64,000 nucleotides of DNA, from the NCBI GenBank assembly GCA_031426555.1, contig JANPLN010000064.1:1-64000 (forward strand), written 5' to 3'. Shown here one piece after another: positions 56,736-64,000 of this stretch. The stretch is from Bdellovibrionales bacterium. Its GTDB lineage: Bacteria; Bdellovibrionota; Bdellovibrionia; Bdellovibrionales; JAGQZY01. Numbering within the stretch: position 1 is the first letter of the stretch; each line of letters opens with the position of its first letter. Made by a program: the position numbers and the translations under genes. Under the pieces are notes generated by a model. It saw only the letters and a program-made list of their open reading frames with translations. It had not been told where the DNA came from and ran no database searches.

Positions 56736-57809
56736 ATGAAACAGCTAACGTTGCTTTCTGTTCTTGTACTTCTCTGTTTTAAAGCTAGTGCCTTTGAGTT
56801 TCTAGGTGAACCCGTCTGTCTAACCTGTGGACTGCGCCCTTCAGAATATGATTATGCCGATCCTTCCACTCCCGATTTTAGTAAAACGGGGGAAGTTACA
56901 ATTTACTTTACCCATGGCCATCAGGTGACATGGCGAGCGAGTTCCACGGAAAAAGCTTTTGCTAAAATGACTACTGGGCAAACTCCCAAAGAAGGCGTGG
57001 TTGAGTTGTACGATGCCACTGGGGATTATTTGGATGGTCCGTGGGACGTCAATGTTCATACTCTTTGGAATCAGCGCGTACTGATTGCGGGAGTGATGGT
57101 TCCCGCCGAGGCTGGAATACTTCTAAACTGGCCAGAGGACAATTGGCGTCGACGGATTTCGGTGTTTATGCAAAAGCAGGATCGTTGGACGCGACTGCCT
57201 GATCGTCTTTTGGGTGATCCCACGGAATCAATGAGTTGGCTTGGTCATTCTTATGGTCACGATATCGTTTTTGATGAGTTTGGCACACCGTGGATATTTT
57301 ATGAGCGCGTTGCGCGCTCTGAAGATTTATCTCCAGCAGTCACAAACATTTATTCGGCTCCGCTCTCCAGTGCCCTTGTTGTAGACGAAGAGCATTTGAT
57401 TATAAATTCGGAAGATAAGGGTTTTCTCAGCGCGGAAACCTTTGGTGGCAATCACCTGGTAGAGGGTGCACGAATCCTCAAACTCAAAAATGTCTATTAT
57501 TTATTTTTTAGTGCTGGGTCTTTTGATGCCAGTGATTATGGAATTCATTTGGGTGTTTTAGATTCTCTGCAGGGGGCTGCGAAGATATATAAAACTAAGT
57601 CCGGTGACATTTGTGATTTTGGTGGATCCTTGCGGAAAAAACTCCACCTCACGTGGGGTCCTGGTCGACCTGCTGCCTTTGTGCATGGAGAGGACACTTG
57701 GCTTCTGTTTCATGGCATTCGCAAGAAATCCAAATGCCTTGAATTAAAATGCAGAGACACTTTTCTAGTTAAAATTGATCTCGAAGCTCCTCAACTAGCC
57801 TGCCGTTAA
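56736..57809 (+). CDS. Secreted GH43-like beta-propeller glycoside hydrolase
   Basis: YADPS, LVEGARILK, YYLFFSAG, GPG...WLLFHG; signal peptide. Confidence 0.7.
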   Translation: MKQLTLLSVLVLLCFKASAFEFLGEPVCLTCGLRPSEYDYADPSTPDFSKTGEVTIYFTHGHQVTWRASSTEKAFAKMTTGQTPKEGVVELYDATGDYLDGPWDVNVHTLWNQRVLIAGVMVPAEAGILLNWPEDNWRRRISVFMQKQDRWTRLPDRLLGDPTESMSWLGHSYGHDIVFDEFGTPWIFYERVARSEDLSPAVTNIYSAPLSSALVVDEEHLIINSEDKGFLSAETFGGNHLVEGARILKLKNVYYLFFSAGSFDASDYGIHLGVLDSLQGAAKIYKTKSGDICDFGGSLRKKLHLTWGPGRPAAFVHGEDTWLLFHGIRKKSKCLELKCRDTFLVKIDLEAPQLACR

Positions 57810-57851
57810 ACTCACGCCTTATCAAGATTGTGCGGCTGAGGTAGCTGTTTC

Positions 57852-58679
57852 TTAAAATACTCTTTGGGTAATCAGCTTAAATTCACTGACTGCAGAATCA
57901 AAATCAAATCGTTGGTTGGTGACAGCTGGCGAAGGATTCTTTTCGAAATCGTAGACCATAAAGGAATTTGGAGCGTTTCGGCGAGTGCGATGGGAAATAC
58001 CAGTGCCGCACACACTGATGAGAACTTTTTTGCGAAGCGTGGGATATCTTGCCTCTGACGTAGTGATAATAGGATCGTGGATGTGCCCGCCCATGACCAC
58101 GTCCACACCTTGTTGCGCCAACATTTGCATCACTTGGGGGGCATTTAAAAGGAGATTTTTTTCGTCGATTTTTTGTTTACAGTCCAAAGGATGATGAAGA
58201 GCCACGACTTTCCATTTGTCTGTTTGTTTGTCTGGCGAATTAGCTGGCAAATTGTCTGGCGAAGAAAATTGTTCTAACTGCTTCGCCAGATAGTTTATGT
58301 CTAACTTGCCATCGATGTGACGAAATCGTGAGGTGGAATTCAGAACTAAAAGCTCTAGCTCTGCATTGGCATAAAAGCCATCGGGCTTTGAGTTTAAAAT
58401 TTTTTGATACCTTCCGTAGGGAGCGAACAGGCGCGAAAAAATATTAAACAATGAAATATCATGGTTGCCGGGGCAACAAATAAAAGGTGCAGGCGCTAGC
58501 TCGTTAAAAAAAGCTTTTGCTTTTAAAAACTGAGTCTTAGTGGCCCGCTGAGTAATATCGCCGGTAACAACAACAAGGGTTGGATCTAACTTCTTGATCT
58601 TTTGTTTTAACGAATGCAACACAGCTTCTACCTCAGTGCCAAAATGCAAATCGGAAATCTGCAAAAGACGAAAAGCCAT
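57852..58679 (-). CDS. Calcineurin-like metallophosphoesterase
   Basis: SDLHFG, TGDITQ, PGNHD, LHHP, GGHIH. Confidence 0.93.
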   Translation of the reverse strand: MAFRLLQISDLHFGTEVEAVLHSLKQKIKKLDPTLVVVTGDITQRATKTQFLKAKAFFNELAPAPFICCPGNHDISLFNIFSRLFAPYGRYQKILNSKPDGFYANAELELLVLNSTSRFRHIDGKLDINYLAKQLEQFSSPDNLPANSPDKQTDKWKVVALHHPLDCKQKIDEKNLLLNAPQVMQMLAQQGVDVVMGGHIHDPIITTSEARYPTLRKKVLISVCGTGISHRTRRNAPNSFMVYDFEKNPSPAVTNQRFDFDSAVSEFKLITQRVF

Positions 58680-59503
58680 TACTCACCGGCCTTTACATTT
58701 TGACTCTGTTTCTTTAAGTAGCTCACAATATCGGCGGCGACTTTTTCTCTTCCGATCAATTCCACAGGGAGGCCCGACATTTGAGAATTTTTATTCAGCG
58801 CTTTGGGATTTAAAATATAACTCGCAAGATCGGCGGTCGATTTGGCTTGGACAAAGTAATTGAGGGGCGGACCTCGCAAACCCCCAACGTCGTTGAGTGC
58901 ATGACACGAAAAACAGTGCTTTAAAAACTCACGGTGACCCGTCTTGATGCTTTCAGGGCTGTTTGCCGTTGGCAACAACGGTTGGTAGGCTTTTTTGCCG
59001 TCAATAAAATCAACTTTATGAACTGCATAGGGCGAGCGAAAAAAATTCTTCTTCGCCGAAGCCGCATCTGGATGATCCCACGTTAAATAAAAGGGACCCA
59101 GTGCAATGGGTTTTTCGTTTTTTAAAATAAAAGGGCTGCCATCGGCCATGGCGAAGGACAGCGTGGCTTTTTTTGTTTTGAACTCAGCCAAGGGAACGTC
59201 AGAGCGATAGCCGTCGGTGCAATAAAAAACTAAGGTGTCTAGGGAGTCCATTTGGTTTTTACCATAAATAGCCTCAACCAGCGGCAACACAGCAAAGCCC
59301 CTGTAGTTTTTTTGCGAATTTTCATGGGGCTCAAAAACTTTTAAAATTTCGTCTTTTTGTAAGCTTTTTAAAACCTTTATACTCGCTGATTTTTGCAGAA
59401 CTCCATTTTTAAGAAAAGTCATTTCCACTGCTTGATTTGCAAACAACGAATTGGCACTGAGTAGAAAAAGAAGATGGAGGAAGACTGTTTTTGTGGATCT
59501 CAT
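58679..59503 (-). CDS. Periplasmic monoheme cytochrome c with N-terminal molybdopterin-oxidoreductase-like domain
   Basis: Signal peptide; FYCTDGY, LGPFYLTW; CFSCH heme motif; SQM axial Met candidate. Confidence 0.8.
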   Translation of the reverse strand: MRSTKTVFLHLLFLLSANSLFANQAVEMTFLKNGVLQKSASIKVLKSLQKDEILKVFEPHENSQKNYRGFAVLPLVEAIYGKNQMDSLDTLVFYCTDGYRSDVPLAEFKTKKATLSFAMADGSPFILKNEKPIALGPFYLTWDHPDAASAKKNFFRSPYAVHKVDFIDGKKAYQPLLPTANSPESIKTGHREFLKHCFSCHALNDVGGLRGPPLNYFVQAKSTADLASYILNPKALNKNSQMSGLPVELIGREKVAADIVSYLKKQSQNVKAGE

Positions 59504-59542
59504 AACGCTCCAACACTATTCCTTGTTTAAAAAAAGACAAGA

Positions 59543-60370
59543 TTATTTTCGTAAAATTGCAAGGGCAAATGGTAAATCTGCAAGGATATCGGTGGGTCGA
59601 AGAGAAAGAACATCTTTTTTTGCTTTTATCCAATTATCTGCAATCCAGCCATGGACGAAGGTGGCAGCGCAAACCGCATTGAGGCCAGAGACTTTTGGTG
59701 GTTTTTGGGCTAAAAACGAAGCAATCATTCCAGCAAGTACGTCGCCACTTCCCGCTTTTCCTAGAGCAGGATTTCCCGAGACCACTTTGTAAAGTTTTTT
59801 TCCGTGAGCAATGAGAGTGGACTCTCCTTTGAGCACCACAATGCACTGCCATTTTTTTTTCGCTAAAATCACCGCTTCGTTGCGATGGGTATGCACCCAG
59901 TTTCTGGATTTGTTCAGGAGGCGACCCATTTCTCCCTCGTGGGGAGTGAGTATCCAATCGGCTGGGAGCTTTTGGGCAGGATGAAGAGCCAACCAATTAA
60001 GTGCCTCCGCATCAAGTATCACATTTTGTTGTTCTGTTTTTCGCCAGTGACGTATCCACTTTGCGATGGATTTGGGACTTCGATAGCCCGGGCCCAACAC
60101 TGCCGCTGAAAATTTTATTTTTTTTAATTGGCTCTCGGTCGAAGCAAGAAAGTCGGGATGCTGCGAAAGGTTTTTTTTGGAGGATTCTAATAAGAATACA
60201 TAGCCTGCACCACAGCGACTGGCTCCCTGGGCGGCTAATACAGCGGCTCCCCACATTCCAGTGCTACCAGCGACCACACAGACTTTCCCGCCCTGCACCT
60301 TGCTGTCGGCTTTATTGCGCTTTGGAAGATCTTTTTTGAGAGAAGCTCTTGTATAAAGAATAGGTTTCAT
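59543..60370 (-). CDS. nnrD: NAD(P)H-hydrate dehydratase (stand-alone)
   Basis: GAAVLAAQGASRCGAGYV, LGPG, ILDAEAL, LTPHEGE, GSGDVLAG; start uncertain (60370-60427). Confidence 0.93.
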   Translation of the reverse strand: MKPILYTRASLKKDLPKRNKADSKVQGGKVCVVAGSTGMWGAAVLAAQGASRCGAGYVFLLESSKKNLSQHPDFLASTESQLKKIKFSAAVLGPGYRSPKSIAKWIRHWRKTEQQNVILDAEALNWLALHPAQKLPADWILTPHEGEMGRLLNKSRNWVHTHRNEAVILAKKKWQCIVVLKGESTLIAHGKKLYKVVSGNPALGKAGSGDVLAGMIASFLAQKPPKVSGLNAVCAATFVHGWIADNWIKAKKDVLSLRPTDILADLPFALAILRK

Positions 60371-60438
60371 AGCTTGTTTTAGCATCTTCTTGAAATTTGT
60401 TTTATAAAAAAGCACACTGGGATGCATGGGGGGTGTGA

Positions 60439-61389
60439 ATGAACATCTATCGTTTTTTATCCTTGGCTCTATGTCCAGTTTTCATATTTCAACTCTCGTT
60501 GGCCACCCCTGCTGCAAACGCCGTTGGAGCCGGTTTTAAAGCCCAGGACGTTGCAATGATGAATGGGTTTAGAAACACCCACAAGCTATTTAAGACAGCT
60601 CTTTCGGGAACCAACACTCCGCCTCGCTTAGCTGCTGCGATGACTGCGCAATTGGCAAAGAAAAATCTCTCTTTGAGCGAATTTAAACTAATGACAGACG
60701 GAACTGTGCAATTTCAATTGCAAAATAAAAATCATATTTTTAGTCGCGAGGCTGGCAATCGCTTTCGTTTGGATGGAAAGCTTATTGATCTAAATTCCAA
60801 AGAGTGGTCAACGGATGTGAGCTTTCAAGTGCTCCCTCCTTCGAGTTGGCTACTGGTCATTCCTACTGCCAATGCAGAGATCACTTTAGGAGGCATATTA
60901 ATAGCTGCGGCACTTGTATTCATCGTTATGGCTGTTGCGTGCTCTGCTCCAAACCCTAAGACTGGCGGAGCAAAAAGAATCCGTGTGCAGGACATTCGTC
61001 AAACAATGTGTAAAGGTGGATGTGGTCTCGCCTGCGCAGCCACTGTAGGAGGAGAATTTGACCTTGATGGCTACCTTAATGAAATATGCGCTGAAGTGGC
61101 AAAAAAATATCCTGCCGCTGAAGATGTGGAACGTAGTTCACAGGAGTATGAGCGCGTGGTGAATGGCCGCCAAGCACGACGAACACTATTGCTGGCCGAA
61201 GTGTCGAGAGTGAATTATCAACGTAGTCACAATCTAACTCTTGATACGATCGATCAGCAAATTCTTTCAACTCTCATTACAGATCCAGAAACCATGAAGT
61301 CATGCGTGTTAAAAACACTCACAGGTGCTCAAGGAGCCGCGCCCCATCAGCCAAATCGCGAGCCGGCCATTGTTCCAACAAATCAATAA
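60439..61389 (+). CDS. Secreted/membrane hypothetical protein
   Basis: GGGGG SD; signal peptide; internal TM; CKGGCGLAC. Confidence 0.75.
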   Translation: MNIYRFLSLALCPVFIFQLSLATPAANAVGAGFKAQDVAMMNGFRNTHKLFKTALSGTNTPPRLAAAMTAQLAKKNLSLSEFKLMTDGTVQFQLQNKNHIFSREAGNRFRLDGKLIDLNSKEWSTDVSFQVLPPSSWLLVIPTANAEITLGGILIAAALVFIVMAVACSAPNPKTGGAKRIRVQDIRQTMCKGGCGLACAATVGGEFDLDGYLNEICAEVAKKYPAAEDVERSSQEYERVVNGRQARRTLLLAEVSRVNYQRSHNLTLDTIDQQILSTLITDPETMKSCVLKTLTGAQGAAPHQPNREPAIVPTNQ

Positions 61390-62510
61390 GGTCGTTGCGG
61401 AGGACGAGTTAACGTCGCCCTGAAGGCGTCTTCGTCCACTTGGCCGCCACTCCTTACAAAGCCCTGTAAAAAACGACTCTTGCGACTCGTCCCGATAAGC
61501 TGCTCCTTCACCGTTTGCGCATTGATAGAGTATCCGTCAGCCATGGCATGACCGATCACTCGCGTGACTTCGGCGGCCGCGTGGGAAGTCCATCCCGTGC
61601 TGTGGTTGATCCATAGATTGCCAACGTTGTATTCGTAGTGATGGGCGGCGAGGACAGGGAGATTGTCGGCTCGCATTGACAGGTCCACTGTGGCTCCATA
61701 ATTTGTCAAAATATTTCTGCCCGACTCAGGATCAACGTTCACCGAAATAACTCCATCAGATGTAACTGAAGTTACCGAAATCACATTGGCGTTGTCGCGA
61801 GAAAATTTTGCTGGGCAATAATCAAAGTAGTCGAGATTGCGGCCGGAATTGCCAGCGGCAATAACAAAAATAATTTGCGGATACTTTTTAAAAATTTGCG
61901 ACCAGGCGTGCTCCTCCGATGGTAAAACTCCACAATCGGAACCGAAGCTCACATTTATGATCTTTACCCCTCGCGACGAAAAGTTTTTTATGACATCCGC
62001 AACGTCAAAAATATCTTGTTGGTTGCCGTACATTCTGCGCACAAAATGGACGGCGATATCACTGCGCCCTTTGATAATTCGGCTGGTCACCCGTGTTTCA
62101 TGCTCGAGATAGGGCTGCAAAACTCCATTTTTGAAAATTTGATCCATGGGCCACGGACTACCAAGTGCCTGGTCCATCCAGCGGGGAAATCCAATGCCGC
62201 TGTTTTCTTGAAGCCTTTGATGTTCACAGGCATTTAAATTTTTATTCTTTGGCAGATCTTCGAGTTTTTGCAGATTTTTTTCAAATTTCGTGCGGATCGA
62301 AAGGAATTTAGCAAGACCGGGGTGGTTATAATCCACGCCCGAACCGATCACACCCACCACAACTTTGGGCGCATTCAATGGGAGGTTATCAGAATCGTAA
62401 ATCGATCGCAGTGATTTTATGGGATAGCATTCTTCAGAAAAAGCGCTGAACGTAAATAATAGGACTATGAAGAAAATAGACTTTACCATCCGTCTCAACT
62501 TCATACTCAT
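61383..62510 (-). CDS. Divergent S8 subtilase-like protein with altered catalytic motifs
   Basis: VGVIGSGVDYNHP, HETRV, INVSFG, IAAGNSG, GWTSHAA; signal peptide; start uncertain. Confidence 0.8.
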   Translation of the reverse strand: MSMKLRRMVKSIFFIVLLFTFSAFSEECYPIKSLRSIYDSDNLPLNAPKVVVGVIGSGVDYNHPGLAKFLSIRTKFEKNLQKLEDLPKNKNLNACEHQRLQENSGIGFPRWMDQALGSPWPMDQIFKNGVLQPYLEHETRVTSRIIKGRSDIAVHFVRRMYGNQQDIFDVADVIKNFSSRGVKIINVSFGSDCGVLPSEEHAWSQIFKKYPQIIFVIAAGNSGRNLDYFDYCPAKFSRDNANVISVTSVTSDGVISVNVDPESGRNILTNYGATVDLSMRADNLPVLAAHHYEYNVGNLWINHSTGWTSHAAAEVTRVIGHAMADGYSINAQTVKEQLIGTSRKSRFLQGFVRSGGQVDEDAFRATLTRPPQRPY

Positions 62511-62511
62511 C

Positions 62512-62541
62512 AAGCCTGAAAACGAGAAGGTTTTCAGGCTT
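62512..62541. terminator. Strong hairpin between lipoprotein gene and S8-like gene
   Basis: AAGCCTGAAAAC-GAGAAG-GTTTTCAGGCTT. Confidence 0.6.
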
Positions 62542-62584
62542 CGATGCTAAAAATACAGGGATGAAGTGCTTAATTTACAGTGAG

Positions 62585-63544
62585 TTAGTTTAAATCCATC
62601 TCGAAGTTCCCAAAAATACTCGTAAACTCTTGTTCCCTTACGGATTTGCCGTTGATAAAGTACTGAGCTGTCAAAAGGGCCGTGTCAGGGCTCACCCCTG
62701 CCCCGAAGTTTGGCAAAGATGCAGTGATATAGCCCACCACTTTAAAGTCGTTGTAGTTCTGTTTGAGGGTCATGGAGACAAACATCTGTTGTGAAACAGT
62801 TTCACCGGTTTGCGGGTTGAGCTGGAGACTCCCAGTCATTTTCGCAGACACTTCTGAAATGACTTGGCCAAAGGATTGACTGTCCGCAGTCATCAACGCG
62901 CTCATATTCATCGACAGATTCACTCGCGCCGCACTCACCAGGGAAAAGTTCATGGCCATTCCAGTCGTGGTCTTCGAAGATGTGATGTCTAAACCTAAGG
63001 ACGTTGGGCTATTTAAGTTGGATTTAAAAGACTCTTCAGTTTTTACGACGACAGAATAGCCATTTCCCGTTTGATTTGGCGACGACGTTACGCTTTGTGA
63101 ATAGGAAAGTGGACAAAGTGAACCACCGATTGAAAAAAGTGTTTGCGGCTGCTTCAAAGCACTATTCATCGTCCCGTTCAACATCCTGTACATCGGTCCA
63201 TCCATGGGCGGATTTGGTGCTCCACTGGCATGAACCTGACATTGATTGGTCTTTTTTGCTTGGTCCATTTTTTCTACCAGTTCTTGTTGCGCTTTTGTCA
63301 GCGCCAGGGTTCCGGGATTTTTTTCGATCACAAATCCACCGAAATCGTCGGTATTATTTTCTGCCGGATTTTGTGTCACAAGCGAAACATCTTCGATGGA
63401 TTGGTTCATTCGGAGGACACTTTGCTTTTGGGTGTCGGTGAGTTCGGGAAGGCCCGCCCCTGGAATTCCGCCACCAGAGTTTTTACTGTCACTGCAGCTC
63501 ACTGTTAAAATTAAAAAAGAAATAAGAACGATTATTTTTGTCAT
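62585..63544 (-). CDS. Lipoprotein of unknown function, beta-rich
   Basis: GGGG SD before ATG 63544; lipobox LTVSC. Confidence 0.8.
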   Translation of the reverse strand: MTKIIVLISFLILTVSCSDSKNSGGGIPGAGLPELTDTQKQSVLRMNQSIEDVSLVTQNPAENNTDDFGGFVIEKNPGTLALTKAQQELVEKMDQAKKTNQCQVHASGAPNPPMDGPMYRMLNGTMNSALKQPQTLFSIGGSLCPLSYSQSVTSSPNQTGNGYSVVVKTEESFKSNLNSPTSLGLDITSSKTTTGMAMNFSLVSAARVNLSMNMSALMTADSQSFGQVISEVSAKMTGSLQLNPQTGETVSQQMFVSMTLKQNYNDFKVVGYITASLPNFGAGVSPDTALLTAQYFINGKSVREQEFTSIFGNFEMDLN

Positions 63545-63598
63545 TGATTTCCCCAAGTTTGTTGATGCAGGCAAGGAAATCAAAATAGGTTATGGATG

Positions 63599-64000
63599 TC
63601 AACCCAGTTTGCTGGCATACGCGATGTAATTTTTTAGGACCTCACGAAGGCGGTCTTGAGTTGTTAAATCAATGAATTTTCCTTGTGCATCAAAAGCTTC
63701 GTGGGCTTTTGCGAGACCGAAACCCTGCGGATAAAGATAGCAACCCAGCGACTCCAAGGGTTGCCGAGAATGCAATAATGTTCGGACTCCCGCCATGCCC
63801 CCAGGTGTAGCAGCCATCAAAAGAACTGGTTTTTTATCGAAAGGATGAGGCTTTAACCGCGAAAGCCAGTCGATGGTATTTTCGAGTGGACTCGAAATGG
63901 ATCCGTTGTATTCCGGGGAAACAACAATCCACGCCGCCGCTGATTTTAATTTTGCACCGAGCACATTAACGGCTTCGGGAAACTTTTCAGTTTCGATATC
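63599..64000 (-). CDS. NAD(P)H-dependent FMN reductase (5' end outside window)
   Basis: SPEYNGSISSPLENTIDWLSR, KPVLLMAATPG. Confidence 0.92.
   Translation of the reverse strand, partial: DIETEKFPEAVNVLGAKLKSAAAWIVVSPEYNGSISSPLENTIDWLSRLKPHPFDKKPVLLMAATPGGMAGVRTLLHSRQPLESLGCYLYPQGFGLAKAHEAFDAQGKFIDLTTQDRLREVLKNYIAYASKLG

Noticed and set aside
56469..64000. Prophage or island integrated at tRNA-Leu
   Set aside because: No integrase, phage genes or duplicated tRNA 3' end seen in the window

Overview
Mostly core-genome window from a bacterium whose gene families point to Bdellovibrionota (inference: many secreted orphans, S1/S8 proteases, a DacB, an HTH protein of a family expanded in this group, a Bdellovibrio-type HUH 'transposase'). 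Housekeeping blocks are yicC-gmk-rpoZ-rel/spoT, mutL-miaA, and rimP-nusA-infB-rbfA-truB-rpsO-pnp-M16 peptidase-dut-fur, plus tRNA-Arg(UCG) and tRNA-Leu(CAA). The main accessory element is an ~11 kb outer-membrane uptake module (22.9-34 kb). It is an 9-gene minus-strand run: secreted beta-helix-like protein, TonB-dependent receptor, ankyrin lipoprotein, exbB, exbD, DUF3450/TtpB, a TtpC-like protein missing its MotA/ExbB domain, tonB and a TPR protein. A divergent OprO/P-type phosphate porin lies next to it, with 11-bp-periodic Pho-box-like repeats between them. Next to yicC is a RAYT/IS200-like HUH nuclease preceded by ~700 bp of non-coding DNA carrying a recurring short motif and followed by three orphans. 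No CRISPR array, rRNA, integrase or prophage is visible. All family calls come from motif recognition by eye, not database searches.
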